From the IMG/VR virus record IMGVR_UViG_3300034107_000136, positions 37,710 to 101,709 of that record: a stretch of 64,000 bases of DNA; one strand, given 5' to 3'. Of the stretch, positions 47,106 through 54,568 are shown piece after piece. The notes beneath the pieces were generated by a model. The model worked only from the letters and a program-made list of their open reading frames with translations, ran no database searches and was not told where the DNA came from. Each line of letters opens with the position of its first letter. The first letter of the stretch is position 1. This stretch comes from a virus. The translations under genes and the position numbers were made by a program.

Positions 47106-47930
47106 ATGTTATTTGGAAACAACGTCCTTGGACCAATGCCACCAGTAGGACCAATAAGATTGTGGGATGCTGGAGTAGTGTGGGCTGACCTAGAAAAACA
47201 AAAAGGTGTTTGGGATTGGTCTAAGTTAGATCATCTTGTTAGTCTTGCAGGTACACGATCAATAACCTTAGTGCTTGGTCACCCACCAGCATGGGCAGCA
47301 AAAGGTGGTCCAGACGGAAAGGAGGCTGTCTGGATGCCAGCAGGAAGCAATAGACCCCCCATTACAGCCATTGCTTGGCGAAGGTACATCACAGAAGTTG
47401 TGAACAGATACAAAGGTAGAATTAATAATTATCAAATCTGGAATGAGCCAGTAGATAAAAGATTTTATTCGGGGGAACTTAGTGAGTTGGCAACTATAAC
47501 AAAAAGCGCATACACATTAATAAAGAAACTTGATTCAAGTGCAAAAGTTTTGTCTCCTCCCTTGCAGCCAAGAAGGCAGGCAGCATGGAACACTAAAGGA
47601 AAAATACTACTTAAAGAACTCAAGAGTGCTGGATACCCATTTGATGTGTACACAATGCACATTTATCCACAAAAAGGTGAAGGAATAGAAGGCTTTGTAA
47701 GAGATTGTAAGTTAGTTCAAAATGCAATAGCCACATGTCCAAAAAAGCCACTATGGATAACAGAGTTTAACTATAATTTAGGCGGTACAGGAAATCCATA
47801 TCCTATTGCTCAACAAAATAAACTTATAGCAGAAACAGAGAAAGCCTGTAAGATGCTTGGCATACCTAGGGCTTATTGGTATGCCTATCAATATAATAAC
47901 CCAGCATTAATAGCAATAACAAACACTTGA
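47106..47930 (+). CDS. Glycoside hydrolase (clan GH-A, GH39/GH5-like)
   Basis: RLWDAGV.W..LE; QIWNEP acid/base; WITEF nucleophile. Confidence 0.8.
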   Translation: MLFGNNVLGPMPPVGPIRLWDAGVVWADLEKQKGVWDWSKLDHLVSLAGTRSITLVLGHPPAWAAKGGPDGKEAVWMPAGSNRPPITAIAWRRYITEVVNRYKGRINNYQIWNEPVDKRFYSGELSELATITKSAYTLIKKLDSSAKVLSPPLQPRRQAAWNTKGKILLKELKSAGYPFDVYTMHIYPQKGEGIEGFVRDCKLVQNAIATCPKKPLWITEFNYNLGGTGNPYPIAQQNKLIAETEKACKMLGIPRAYWYAYQYNNPALIAITNT

Positions 47931-47955
47931 CAATAAGATTGTCAACATGTACAAT
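47927..47955 (+). promoter_or_regulatory. tRNA operon promoter with palindromic operator-like site
   Basis: TTGACA-17-TACAAT; TTGACAAT-AAG-ATTGTCAA. Confidence 0.75.
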
Positions 47956-47968
47956 ATAAATATACAAT

Positions 47969-48042
47969 GCGAATGTTGCATAATGGCAGTGCCTCAGTTT
48001 TCCAAACTGATAGCGCGGGTTCGATTCCCGCCATTCGCTCCA
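47969..48042 (+). tRNA. tRNA-Gly(UCC)
   Basis: Cloverleaf; loop TTTCCAA; encoded CCA. Confidence 0.92.
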
Positions 48043-48043
48043 C

Positions 48044-48115
48044 ACCTCTGTAGTTCAATGGATGAACAGTTGGTTTCTACCCAATATGATGCAGGTTCGA
48101 ATCCTGTCAGGGGTA
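48044..48115 (+). tRNA. tRNA-Arg(UCU)
   Basis: Cloverleaf; loop TTTCTAC. Confidence 0.9.
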
Positions 48116-48178
48116 CTTAAAATAGGGTACAATATAAATGCTTATCACCTCTGACACGATCATGTGATAGGCACTTAA

Positions 48179-48252
48179 CTACTTGTGGGAAAGTTTGGCA
48201 ATCCGTCTGTTTTGGGAACAGAAGAACGCAGGTTCAATTCCTGCCAAGTAGA
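48179..48252 (+). tRNA. tRNA-Pro(UGG)
   Basis: Cloverleaf; loop TTTGGGA. Confidence 0.9.
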
Positions 48253-48256
48253 CGTA

Positions 48257-48329
48257 CGGGCATTAGTAGACTGGTTTAGCACGTCACCCTGATAAGGTGA
48301 AGAAGGTGGTTCAATTCCATCATGCCCGA
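48257..48329 (+). tRNA. tRNA-Ile(GAU)
   Basis: Cloverleaf; loop CTGATAA. Confidence 0.88.
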
Positions 48330-48390
48330 CGTTAGCACGCAAGAGTACGCCAATAGTTACCTAATCAGATAAGTATTAGCGTACTCTCAA

Positions 48391-48463
48391 GGGGATATAA
48401 CTCAGTTGGTAGAGTGTCTGCTTTGCAAGCAGAAAGTCGCAGGTTCGAATCCTGTTATCTCCA
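48391..48463 (+). tRNA. tRNA-Ala(UGC)
   Basis: Cloverleaf; loop TTTGCAA; G3:U70. Confidence 0.93.
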
Positions 48464-48464
48464 C

Positions 48465-48540
48465 GGTGACAGTAGTGTATGGGATGGCACAGCAAACTGT
48501 GGCTTTGCTAGACAGGGTTCGACTCCCTGCTGTCACACCA
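48465..48540 (+). tRNA. tRNA-His(GUG)
   Basis: Cloverleaf; loop CTGTGGC; G-1; encoded CCA. Confidence 0.9.
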
Positions 48541-48541
48541 C

Positions 48542-48616
48542 ACCTCCGTAACTCAGTTTGGATAGAGTATCACGCTACGAACGTGAAAGCCATAGGTTCA
48601 AATCCTATCGGGGGTA
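48542..48616 (+). tRNA. tRNA-Arg(ACG)
   Basis: Cloverleaf; loop CTACGAA. Confidence 0.9.
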
Positions 48617-48621
48617 CGTTG

Positions 48622-48704
48622 GGAAGATTGGCAGAGTGGTTATTGCAGCGGATTGCTAATCCGTGAGTCGTAAGGCTCCATAGGTTCGAATCCTATATCT
48701 TCCG
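48622..48704 (+). tRNA. tRNA-Ser(GCU)
   Basis: Cloverleaf with long variable arm; loop TTGCTAA. Confidence 0.92.
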
Positions 48705-48750
48705 CGCAAAGAATGGTTGGATATGAACACCAATATGGTATAATATCCAT

Positions 48751-49179
48751 ATGAGAATTTGCAGTCAATGTAAAGAGAGTTTAGATGAGTCTAACTTCTA
48801 TGAAAGAAAGCGTGGTGGCAAGCAAGCCATCTGTATTTCTTGTAGAAAGATTTTAAATGAAATAAATTATCAAAACAATAAGAACAAAGTAATGGATAAT
48901 AAAAATCAGCGGATTGAAAGAAATAGAAAATTCATTGTTAGCATTTTAAGAATGGGCTGCGTTGACTGCAATAGTAAGGATATTCGAGTATTAGAGTTTG
49001 ATCATCTAAGAAATAAAACACTCGGTATAGCACAAATGAGATCTCATTCATTAGAAAGACTTAAAGAAGAAATAGATAAGTGTGAAGTTGTCTGTGCTAA
49101 TTGTCATAATATTAGAACTTCAGAAAGAAGAGATGACTGGAGACATAGGATATACTTAAAGGAAATGGGAACTATCTAA
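48751..49179 (+). CDS. HNH endonuclease-like protein
   Basis: CSQC..C..C; CVDC...LEFDH...KCEVVCANCH. Confidence 0.85.
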   Translation: MRICSQCKESLDESNFYERKRGGKQAICISCRKILNEINYQNNKNKVMDNKNQRIERNRKFIVSILRMGCVDCNSKDIRVLEFDHLRNKTLGIAQMRSHSLERLKEEIDKCEVVCANCHNIRTSERRDDWRHRIYLKEMGTI

Positions 49180-49616
49180 TGAGTACTGTGCTAGTTCTTA
49201 ATGCTGGTTTCGAACCACTTCACAGAGTAAGTATTCAACACGCTATTCGTATGCTCGTTAGAGAAGTTGCAGTAGTTGAAGAATCAATAGATGATAAAAC
49301 AATAGGACACTTTCCATTCCCTTTGGTTTTAAGGTTAGTTAGATATGTTAAGTTAAATTGGAGATCATCAACTCCTAAGTGGTCGAAAAGAAGATTGCTT
49401 GAAAGAGATCACTACTGCTGTGTGTACTGTGGAAAGCAGGCCACAACAGTCGATCATGTTATTCCTCGTGTCAATGGTGGAGAAACAACTTGGCTCAACA
49501 CTGTGTCAGCATGTTTACGTTGTAATGGTAAAAAGGGTTCAAGTAGTATTGAAAAAAGCGGAATGAAATTAGCAAGACAACCGTTTAAACCAACATGGAA
49601 AGACATAACGCACTAA
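49179..49616 (+). CDS. HNH endonuclease (McrA-like)
   Basis: VLVLNA.FEPL; RD...C.YCG...TVDHVIP...GG...W.N...AC..CN..K. Confidence 0.9.
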   Translation: MSTVLVLNAGFEPLHRVSIQHAIRMLVREVAVVEESIDDKTIGHFPFPLVLRLVRYVKLNWRSSTPKWSKRRLLERDHYCCVYCGKQATTVDHVIPRVNGGETTWLNTVSACLRCNGKKGSSSIEKSGMKLARQPFKPTWKDITH

Positions 49617-49697
49617 GCCTGATATGCTCCAAGGTGGGGCAGGAGACTGTAAATCTCTCGCGGTATCGCATGGTAGGTTCGATCCCTACATCAGGCA
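49617..49697 (+). tRNA. tRNA-Tyr(GUA)
   Basis: Cloverleaf with variable arm; loop CTGTAAA. Confidence 0.88.
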
Positions 49698-49724
49698 CAC
49701 TAATAAAAACTACGAAGGGATGCT

Positions 49725-49985
49725 ATGATGAAGAATACTATGGTTGATAATAGTAAGGTCAAAGATACTATTGTTGATGAGGTCAGTCCATCAAAAGTTC
49801 TTAATGCAAATGATCGTTGTGATTATTGTGGAAGTCAGGCATATTTTTGGGTAAACGGAATCAATGGAGATCTGTTGTTCTGCCGTCATGACTTTCTTAA
49901 ATGGGAAGATAAGTTGCGAGCATATGCTTTTGAGATTCTAGATGAAAGTCACAAGTTGGGCATTAAAGTAGAGTCATCTGCTTGA
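49725..49985 (+). CDS. Conserved actinobacterial-type small Zn-binding protein
   Basis: LNANDRCDYCGSQAY...LLFC.H. Confidence 0.65.
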   Translation: MMKNTMVDNSKVKDTIVDEVSPSKVLNANDRCDYCGSQAYFWVNGINGDLLFCRHDFLKWEDKLRAYAFEILDESHKLGIKVESSA

Positions 49986-50010
49986 CCTATAACTAAACAG
50001 TGTGTATAAT
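49982..50010 (+). promoter_or_regulatory. Promoter for second tRNA block
   Basis: TTGACC-17-TATAAT, 6 nt before tRNA-Trp. Confidence 0.75.
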
Positions 50011-50016
50011 ATAAAT

Positions 50017-50087
50017 GCGGTCTTGGTGTAGAGGTAACACAATTGTCTCCAAAGCAATTATCAAGAGTTCGATTCTCTTAGACCGTG
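50017..50087 (+). tRNA. tRNA-Trp(CCA)
   Basis: Cloverleaf; loop CTCCAAA. Confidence 0.9.
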
Positions 50088-50135
50088 CGATCATGCTTTT
50101 TCGAAGGCATTCATGAAATAGGTTCATGACTGGAA

Positions 50136-50212
50136 TGACAGATAACAGGACTTACCTCCCGATAGTGTTGCAAAGTAGAGTCTAGAATCAAAATGCTAAA
50201 TTCGGTCTGTCA
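50136..50212 (+). ncRNA. Candidate structured RNA (stem-enclosed pseudoknot)
   Basis: TGACAGA/TCTGTCA; GACTTAC/GTAGAGTC; CCGA-TAGTGTT pairs with AATGCTA..TCGG. Confidence 0.45.
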
Positions 50213-50215
50213 CAT

Positions 50216-50288
50216 TCCTCAGTAACTCAGCGGTCAGAGTTCTTCACTTGTAATGAAGGGGTCGGGGGTTCGACTCCCTCCTGAGGAT
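50216..50288 (+). tRNA. tRNA-Thr(UGU)
   Basis: Cloverleaf; loop CTTGTAA. Confidence 0.9.
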
Positions 50289-50302
50289 CGCAACACCTAT
50301 AG

Positions 50303-50368
50303 ACGGGGATATCCCCCGTTAAATCTCCGCTGGCATATCGGGGAGTTAAGAGTACTCAATATATGCCA
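50303..50368 (+). ncRNA. Candidate structured RNA (hairpin + H-type pseudoknot)
   Basis: TTAAATCTCCG/CGGGGAGTTAA stem; loop TGGCATAT pairs with ATATGCCA. Confidence 0.5.
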
Positions 50369-50371
50369 CTT

Positions 50372-50447
50372 GGCCCGTTGGAGTAGTGGTTATCTCACCT
50401 GACTTTCAATCAGGAGAAGGTCGGATCGTAACCGACACGGGCTACCA
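50372..50447 (+). tRNA. tRNA-Glu(UUC)
   Basis: Cloverleaf; loop CTTTCAA; T-loop ATCGTAA; CCA. Confidence 0.88.
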
Positions 50448-50448
50448 A

Positions 50449-50520
50449 GGATGATTAACTCAACGGTAGAGTGATTGCTTTACATGCAATTGGTTGGGGG
50501 TTCGAATCCCTCATCATCCA
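50449..50520 (+). tRNA. tRNA-Val(UAC)
   Basis: Cloverleaf; loop TTTACAT. Confidence 0.9.
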
Positions 50521-50541
50521 CTCCAACTATCAAAGGAAATC

Positions 50542-51060
50542 ATGAACGTTGTTGATGAATTCAAGGGCATGATGCTTGAAGATATTAAGTATCAGATAGA
50601 TCTTAAGAGAGCAGATTTCACATCAGTCTTTCTTAACCTTACTCATGACTTTAATAAAGCGGTAGGTGTTCGTAATCACAATGCTTTTGCTGGTAAGGAT
50701 ATTTGGTTTGTTGGACGCAAGCAGTGGGATAAGCGTGGTTCAGTTGGAACATATCACTATGAGGATATTCACTATGCCAGTAACTGGGACAATTTTATTT
50801 TGCATAAGCCAGATGGACCACTCATCTGTGTGGACAATGTGGGCGACATACGTCAGGTTTCTCTAGGTTCATTTGACATTCCTTATAATTCTATCTTTGT
50901 TTACGGGGAGGAGGGATCGGGAATACCTCAGGAAATCCTAGATCAGGCAGATTATATCCTTAATGTACCAATGTGGGGTAGTGTTAGGTCATTGAATGTA
51001 AGCGTAACAAGTGGTATTATTATGTACGAGTATAGAAGACAGCATTCCCCGCTGGTGTAA
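50542..51060 (+). CDS. SpoU/TrmH-family RNA 2'-O-methyltransferase
   Basis: N...GVR; YGEEGSGI; VPMWGSVRSLNVSV SPOUT motifs. Confidence 0.9.
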   Translation: MNVVDEFKGMMLEDIKYQIDLKRADFTSVFLNLTHDFNKAVGVRNHNAFAGKDIWFVGRKQWDKRGSVGTYHYEDIHYASNWDNFILHKPDGPLICVDNVGDIRQVSLGSFDIPYNSIFVYGEEGSGIPQEILDQADYILNVPMWGSVRSLNVSVTSGIIMYEYRRQHSPLV

Positions 51061-51117
51061 TCGGCAACACGGCTGATTCTGGATCAGCAATACGAGGATC
51101 GTAACCTTGGCGGGGAG
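51046..51117 (+). tRNA. tRNA-Gln(CUG)
   Basis: Cloverleaf; loop TTCTGGA; overlaps end of SpoU CDS. Confidence 0.88.
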
Positions 51118-51138
51118 CGCAATAGAAAAAATAAATAT

Positions 51139-51209
51139 TTCCCGTTCGTCTAATGGCAAGACGATTGGCCTTGGACCAATTAATCGAAGTTCGAATCTTT
51201 GACGGGAAG
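51139..51209 (+). tRNA. tRNA-Gln(UUG)
   Basis: Cloverleaf; loop CCTTGGA (C33). Confidence 0.82.
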
Positions 51210-51229
51210 CAAAGCGGTATAATTAACTA

Positions 51230-51988
51230 ATGATTATCAGCCCATCAAGAAACTTTATATTTATCCACCTAGAAAAATGTGGCGGCACATCAATAGAGTC
51301 AGCACTAGAACCACATCTATATTGGTCAGATATGATTCTTGGCAGTACAGATTTTGGTGAAAGAATGCAACAACTATACTATGATCGATACAGTCGTGAA
51401 GAGGTAAATGAATATATGTTGTGGAAGCATTCAACTGCAAAAGATATTCATGCATTCATTGGACACGACGAGTGGAATTCACTCAATAAAATATCTACCG
51501 TAAGAAATCCAGAAGATCTAATCATCTCTTTATATAAGTTTTCAAGAATGACAATTAAATATCATATTGGTAGAATTCATAGGTCAACTTGGAAAGACTA
51601 TTTAATGTCAGAAAACTTTCCACAGGTATATCCCTATACAGAAGGTTATATTCATGCCTATGTTGAATCACATATGGACGATAAGGGTATCAACGGTTTT
51701 GTAAATATACTATTAGATAAAGATTATCAATTTATTAAGCCTCAATTTGAAAGATTAAAGATAGATAGCAATACAAATATAGGCCGTGTGTTTGATTTAT
51801 CTGATATAGATAATGGGTGGCAAGAGATTCTCGAAATGCTAGATCTTCCTTGGTACACACAATTAGAAAAACTTAACTCAAGTGAGCATGTAGACGTTGA
51901 ACTATCTAGTAGATCAAAAAAAATAATTAAAAAGCATTTTGCTATTGACTATGATGTGCTTCCACAGTATACTGGTATCAATTGGTAA
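51230..51988 (+). CDS. Sulfotransferase family protein
   Basis: FIFIHLEKCGGTSIE PAPS-binding motif; VRNP.D..IS.Y; F..DY. Confidence 0.8.
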   Translation: MIISPSRNFIFIHLEKCGGTSIESALEPHLYWSDMILGSTDFGERMQQLYYDRYSREEVNEYMLWKHSTAKDIHAFIGHDEWNSLNKISTVRNPEDLIISLYKFSRMTIKYHIGRIHRSTWKDYLMSENFPQVYPYTEGYIHAYVESHMDDKGINGFVNILLDKDYQFIKPQFERLKIDSNTNIGRVFDLSDIDNGWQEILEMLDLPWYTQLEKLNSSEHVDVELSSRSKKIIKKHFAIDYDVLPQYTGINW

Positions 51989-51994
51989 AAACAT

Positions 51995-52068
51995 GCGAGT
52001 GTATCCCAGCGGCTAGAGGACGACGGCTCAAAACCGTTGTGTCGTGGGTTCGAATCCCACCACTCGTA
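51995..52068 (+). tRNA. tRNA-Leu(CAA), short variable loop
   Basis: Cloverleaf; loop CTCAAAA; variable region GTGTC. Confidence 0.85.
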
Positions 52069-52191
52069 CAATAGTTAGACCAGACAATGTACGGACATTT
52101 AATATAAAATAATAAAAACCCTCATAACAATATGCTAATATTGTTACTAAGAGCGCCCCCCTTCTCTCCTAAAAAAAGGAGATGCGTGTAA

Positions 52192-52908
52192 ATGAGGAAG
52201 AATGTGTTAATAGGTTTAATATTTTGGTTAGTAGTAGTTGTTATTGCGGTAACGGCAATTCTTATGACAACAGATGCTAAGGCAGAATCCGATAAGGTAA
52301 AAATATGCCATGCAACATCATCTGAAAAGAATCCATATACGAAAAATGAAGTGGATGTATCAAGCATAAATAATGAAAAGAATAAGTATCTTAATGGTCA
52401 TGGTGATCATGAAAGAGACATCATTCCACCTTTCACTTACGAGTCATCTTCTTTTGAAGGAAGAAATTGGGATGATGCGGGTAAGAAGATATGGGAGAAT
52501 GGCTGCAACATTGTAGAGCCAAGCCCAACACCCACTCCTACCCCCACACCTACCTCAACTCCAACACCTACTGTTACCCCAACACCCACAATTACACCCA
52601 CGCCTACAGCGAGTCCTACACCTACCATAACGCCAACAGAAACACCAACAGCGTCTAGCAGCCCTACTCCCACAGTAGTGCCTAATCCACCCTATGTGCC
52701 GCCTGTTATAGTGCCTGTGCCAAGTAATCCTGTAACACCAACAGTAGTTCCAGAGCCAACTATGACTCAAGAGCCAACACCAATGCCAACAGTAACACCA
52801 GCACCAGTTCCAAGTCCTACAAAGACACCAATGCCAATTCCTACAGCAGTTGATGCTGGCGGGGGAGGGATGGTGGAGATTCCTTTTTTAACATCAAAGC
52901 CCCGCTGA
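52192..52908 (+). CDS. Secreted/membrane-anchored Pro/Thr-rich protein
   Basis: N-terminal hydrophobic signal; ICHAT...NPY...GH..H..DIIPPF...NW...NGC domain; (PT)n linker; [10 protein letters not shown]. Confidence 0.8.
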   Translation: MRKNVLIGLIFWLVVVVIAVTAILMTTDAKAESDKVKICHATSSEKNPYTKNEVDVSSINNEKNKYLNGHGDHERDIIPPFTYESSSFEGRNWDDAGKKIWENGCNIVEPSPTPTPTPTPTSTPTPTVTPTPTITPTPTASPTPTITPTETPTASSSPTPTVVPNPPYVPPVIVPVPSNPVTPTVVPEPTMTQEPTPMPTVTPAPVPSPTKTPMPIPTAVDAGGGGMVEIPFLTSKPR

Positions 52909-53345
52909 TTCCAGTAGGGATAAAAAAGGACAACTCAGTAGACATTCCAGAGGATATATCAACGGTGGGTTGGTATAAATATGGAGCGGCCCCAGGCTCA
53001 AAGGGGGGGTCAACTGTCATCGTAGGACACCGAGATGGCACTGATCCTGAGCCTGGGGCTTTTTACTATCTTAATAAGTTAAGCAGTAAAAATTCCATTG
53101 TGATTGAATACTTAAATTATACAGCAATCTATGCAGTAAAGAGTGTAAATATAATAAGTAAAAAGAATTTTTATAAAATATCTAAAGATATATTTTCACT
53201 AAAGGGTAAGCCAAGAATTACATTGATAAGTTGTATTGGTCCATATGATAAAAATAAGGGCGGGTATCAGAAGAACATTATTGTTACTGCTGAGCCATTG
53301 ACGGGATACCCTTGGATACTCTACAATAGAGATCTAGACGGATAA
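52890..53345 (+). CDS. Class F sortase domain (reached via -1 frameshift from upstream ORF)
   Basis: IKAPLIPVG...IP.D...[16 protein letters not shown]...F..L..L...LISC.G.YD....Y..NIIV.A. Confidence 0.85.
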   Translation, partial: NIKAPLIPVGIKKDNSVDIPEDISTVGWYKYGAAPGSKGGSTVIVGHRDGTDPEPGAFYYLNKLSSKNSIVIEYLNYTAIYAVKSVNIISKKNFYKISKDIFSLKGKPRITLISCIGPYDKNKGGYQKNIIVTAEPLTGYPWILYNRDLDG

Positions 53346-53355
53346 GGAGCCTACT

Positions 53356-53643
53356 GTGGTTGCTAGGAGATCTAAGAAGTCTGATACGGAATTCATCCCA
53401 ACTCCAGATCGACAAATGGAGATGCCTTCAGGATTCTGTATGACTGGTCATCATCATGACTGTAAGTATATCTTTATATCGGGTAAGTGTGGATGCGATT
53501 GTCATACACAAACACCAAAAACACAAATTGTAAGAGAAGAAGTTGCGTTTATTGCGGATAGTACCATTGATGATACTATCATTGATGTAACTAATGAAGA
53601 ACTAATCATTATAGAAGATCCACGACCGTGGATTAAAAAATAG
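53356..53643 (+). CDS. Hypothetical Cys/His-rich protein
   Basis: SGFCMTGHHHDC...CGCDCH. Confidence 0.55.
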   Translation: MVARRSKKSDTEFIPTPDRQMEMPSGFCMTGHHHDCKYIFISGKCGCDCHTQTPKTQIVREEVAFIADSTIDDTIIDVTNEELIIIEDPRPWIKK

Positions 53644-53651
53644 GAGGAAGT

Positions 53652-53879
53652 ATGAATAAAGATTTGTATCTGACTACTCAGGAGTTTGCAGATCTAGTAG
53701 CAAAGACTATAATTGATCAAGGATATTTTAAGGCTGAGGATGTATGTCATCCAGAAGATCTATCTAGTGCGTTTATAATGATGAGTAATACTATTGGAAC
53801 CACCCTATGTTGGGGAATTGACAAGGTACGAAACTCTCCTTCTAGTGATGTTAGGTATAAGTATGACAGTGCATATTGA
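53652..53879 (+). CDS. Hypothetical protein
   Basis: SD AGGAGG. Confidence 0.5.
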   Translation: MNKDLYLTTQEFADLVAKTIIDQGYFKAEDVCHPEDLSSAFIMMSNTIGTTLCWGIDKVRNSPSSDVRYKYDSAY

Positions 53880-54015
53880 TGTTGTTGAAGGATACCCTGA
53901 GTTTCGTGGCAAACTGGTAAGAATATTTGCAAGGTGCATTGGATTAAGATTTGACCACGTTCTATTTGTTAATATAGTTGAGGAAGAAGAGGACAATGAT
54001 AAGAGTAACGATTGA
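53863..54015 (+). CDS. Hypothetical protein
   Basis: Coupled ORF. Confidence 0.4.
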   Translation: MTVHIDVVEGYPEFRGKLVRIFARCIGLRFDHVLFVNIVEEEEDNDKSND

Positions 54016-54289
54016 AATCGTACCATTTGGTAAGGAGGATAGGGCTAGAAAGATCGGCACTCTGCTCCTTGCCAATGATGGTGAGGGAACACATGAAACA
54101 GGAAACTATGCATATGTTTATGGATACACTGATAGGGATGTTTCAATGGCTCGCGGTACGATTAAGAAGTTCCCTCGCAGTCAAGGTGCTTGGGCACTTA
54201 TAAAGAAGATCCTTAATAGCAAGTCAGAAGAAGATACAGTTCTTACTGATTTGCTTATGGAGCGTCTTGAATCATATAAAGGTGTATAA
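53996..54289 (+). CDS. Hypothetical protein
   Basis: MIRVTIEIVP.G...I.N...G...GNY motif common in phages. Confidence 0.55.
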   Translation: MIRVTIEIVPFGKEDRARKIGTLLLANDGEGTHETGNYAYVYGYTDRDVSMARGTIKKFPRSQGAWALIKKILNSKSEEDTVLTDLLMERLESYKGV

Positions 54290-54300
54290 TTAAATAGCGA

Positions 54301-54560
54301 GGGGATGAAAGGTTTCGACCTTGTTGGAATATGTGTGCGGCGTTTCAAGTGGAGTCTTGTAAACTACCAAATTATAATAAATGCAAATACACAAAACGCA
54401 TTCGCCCTAGCAGCATAAGGGCCGTGTGGCAACGGCATAGGAACAGAATCGTTGCATAAAGCACCACAATGTAGTACAATTGCTTTAAACGCTAGAGCAT
54501 AAACGTAACTGTTACACATAGGAATACAATGGGACAGGGGTTCGACTCCCCTCATCTCCA
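54301..54560 (+). ncRNA. ssrA: tmRNA, tag ANTQNAFALAA* (54383-54418)
   Basis: 5' GGGGATGAAAGGTTTCGAC; 3' GACAGGGGTTCGACTCCCCTCATCTCCA; resume context ATAAAT-GCA; upstream TATAAT. Confidence 0.93.
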
Positions 54561-54568
54561 CTGAAAGG

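Noticed and set aside
48406-48666. 86-aa ORF, also 54364-54561(-) and the 50494 extension
   Set aside because: They overlap tRNA/tmRNA genes; spurious
50136-50212. SAM-II/SAM-V riboswitch or theta (HDV-like) ribozyme call
   Set aside because: Lacks the U-rich SAM pocket strand and a downstream CDS; could not fit an HDV double pseudoknot at the tRNA 3' end by eye
47969-52068. Suppressor tRNA / stop-codon reassignment
   Set aside because: No CUA/UCA/UUA anticodons; genes are intact in code 11 and use all three stops
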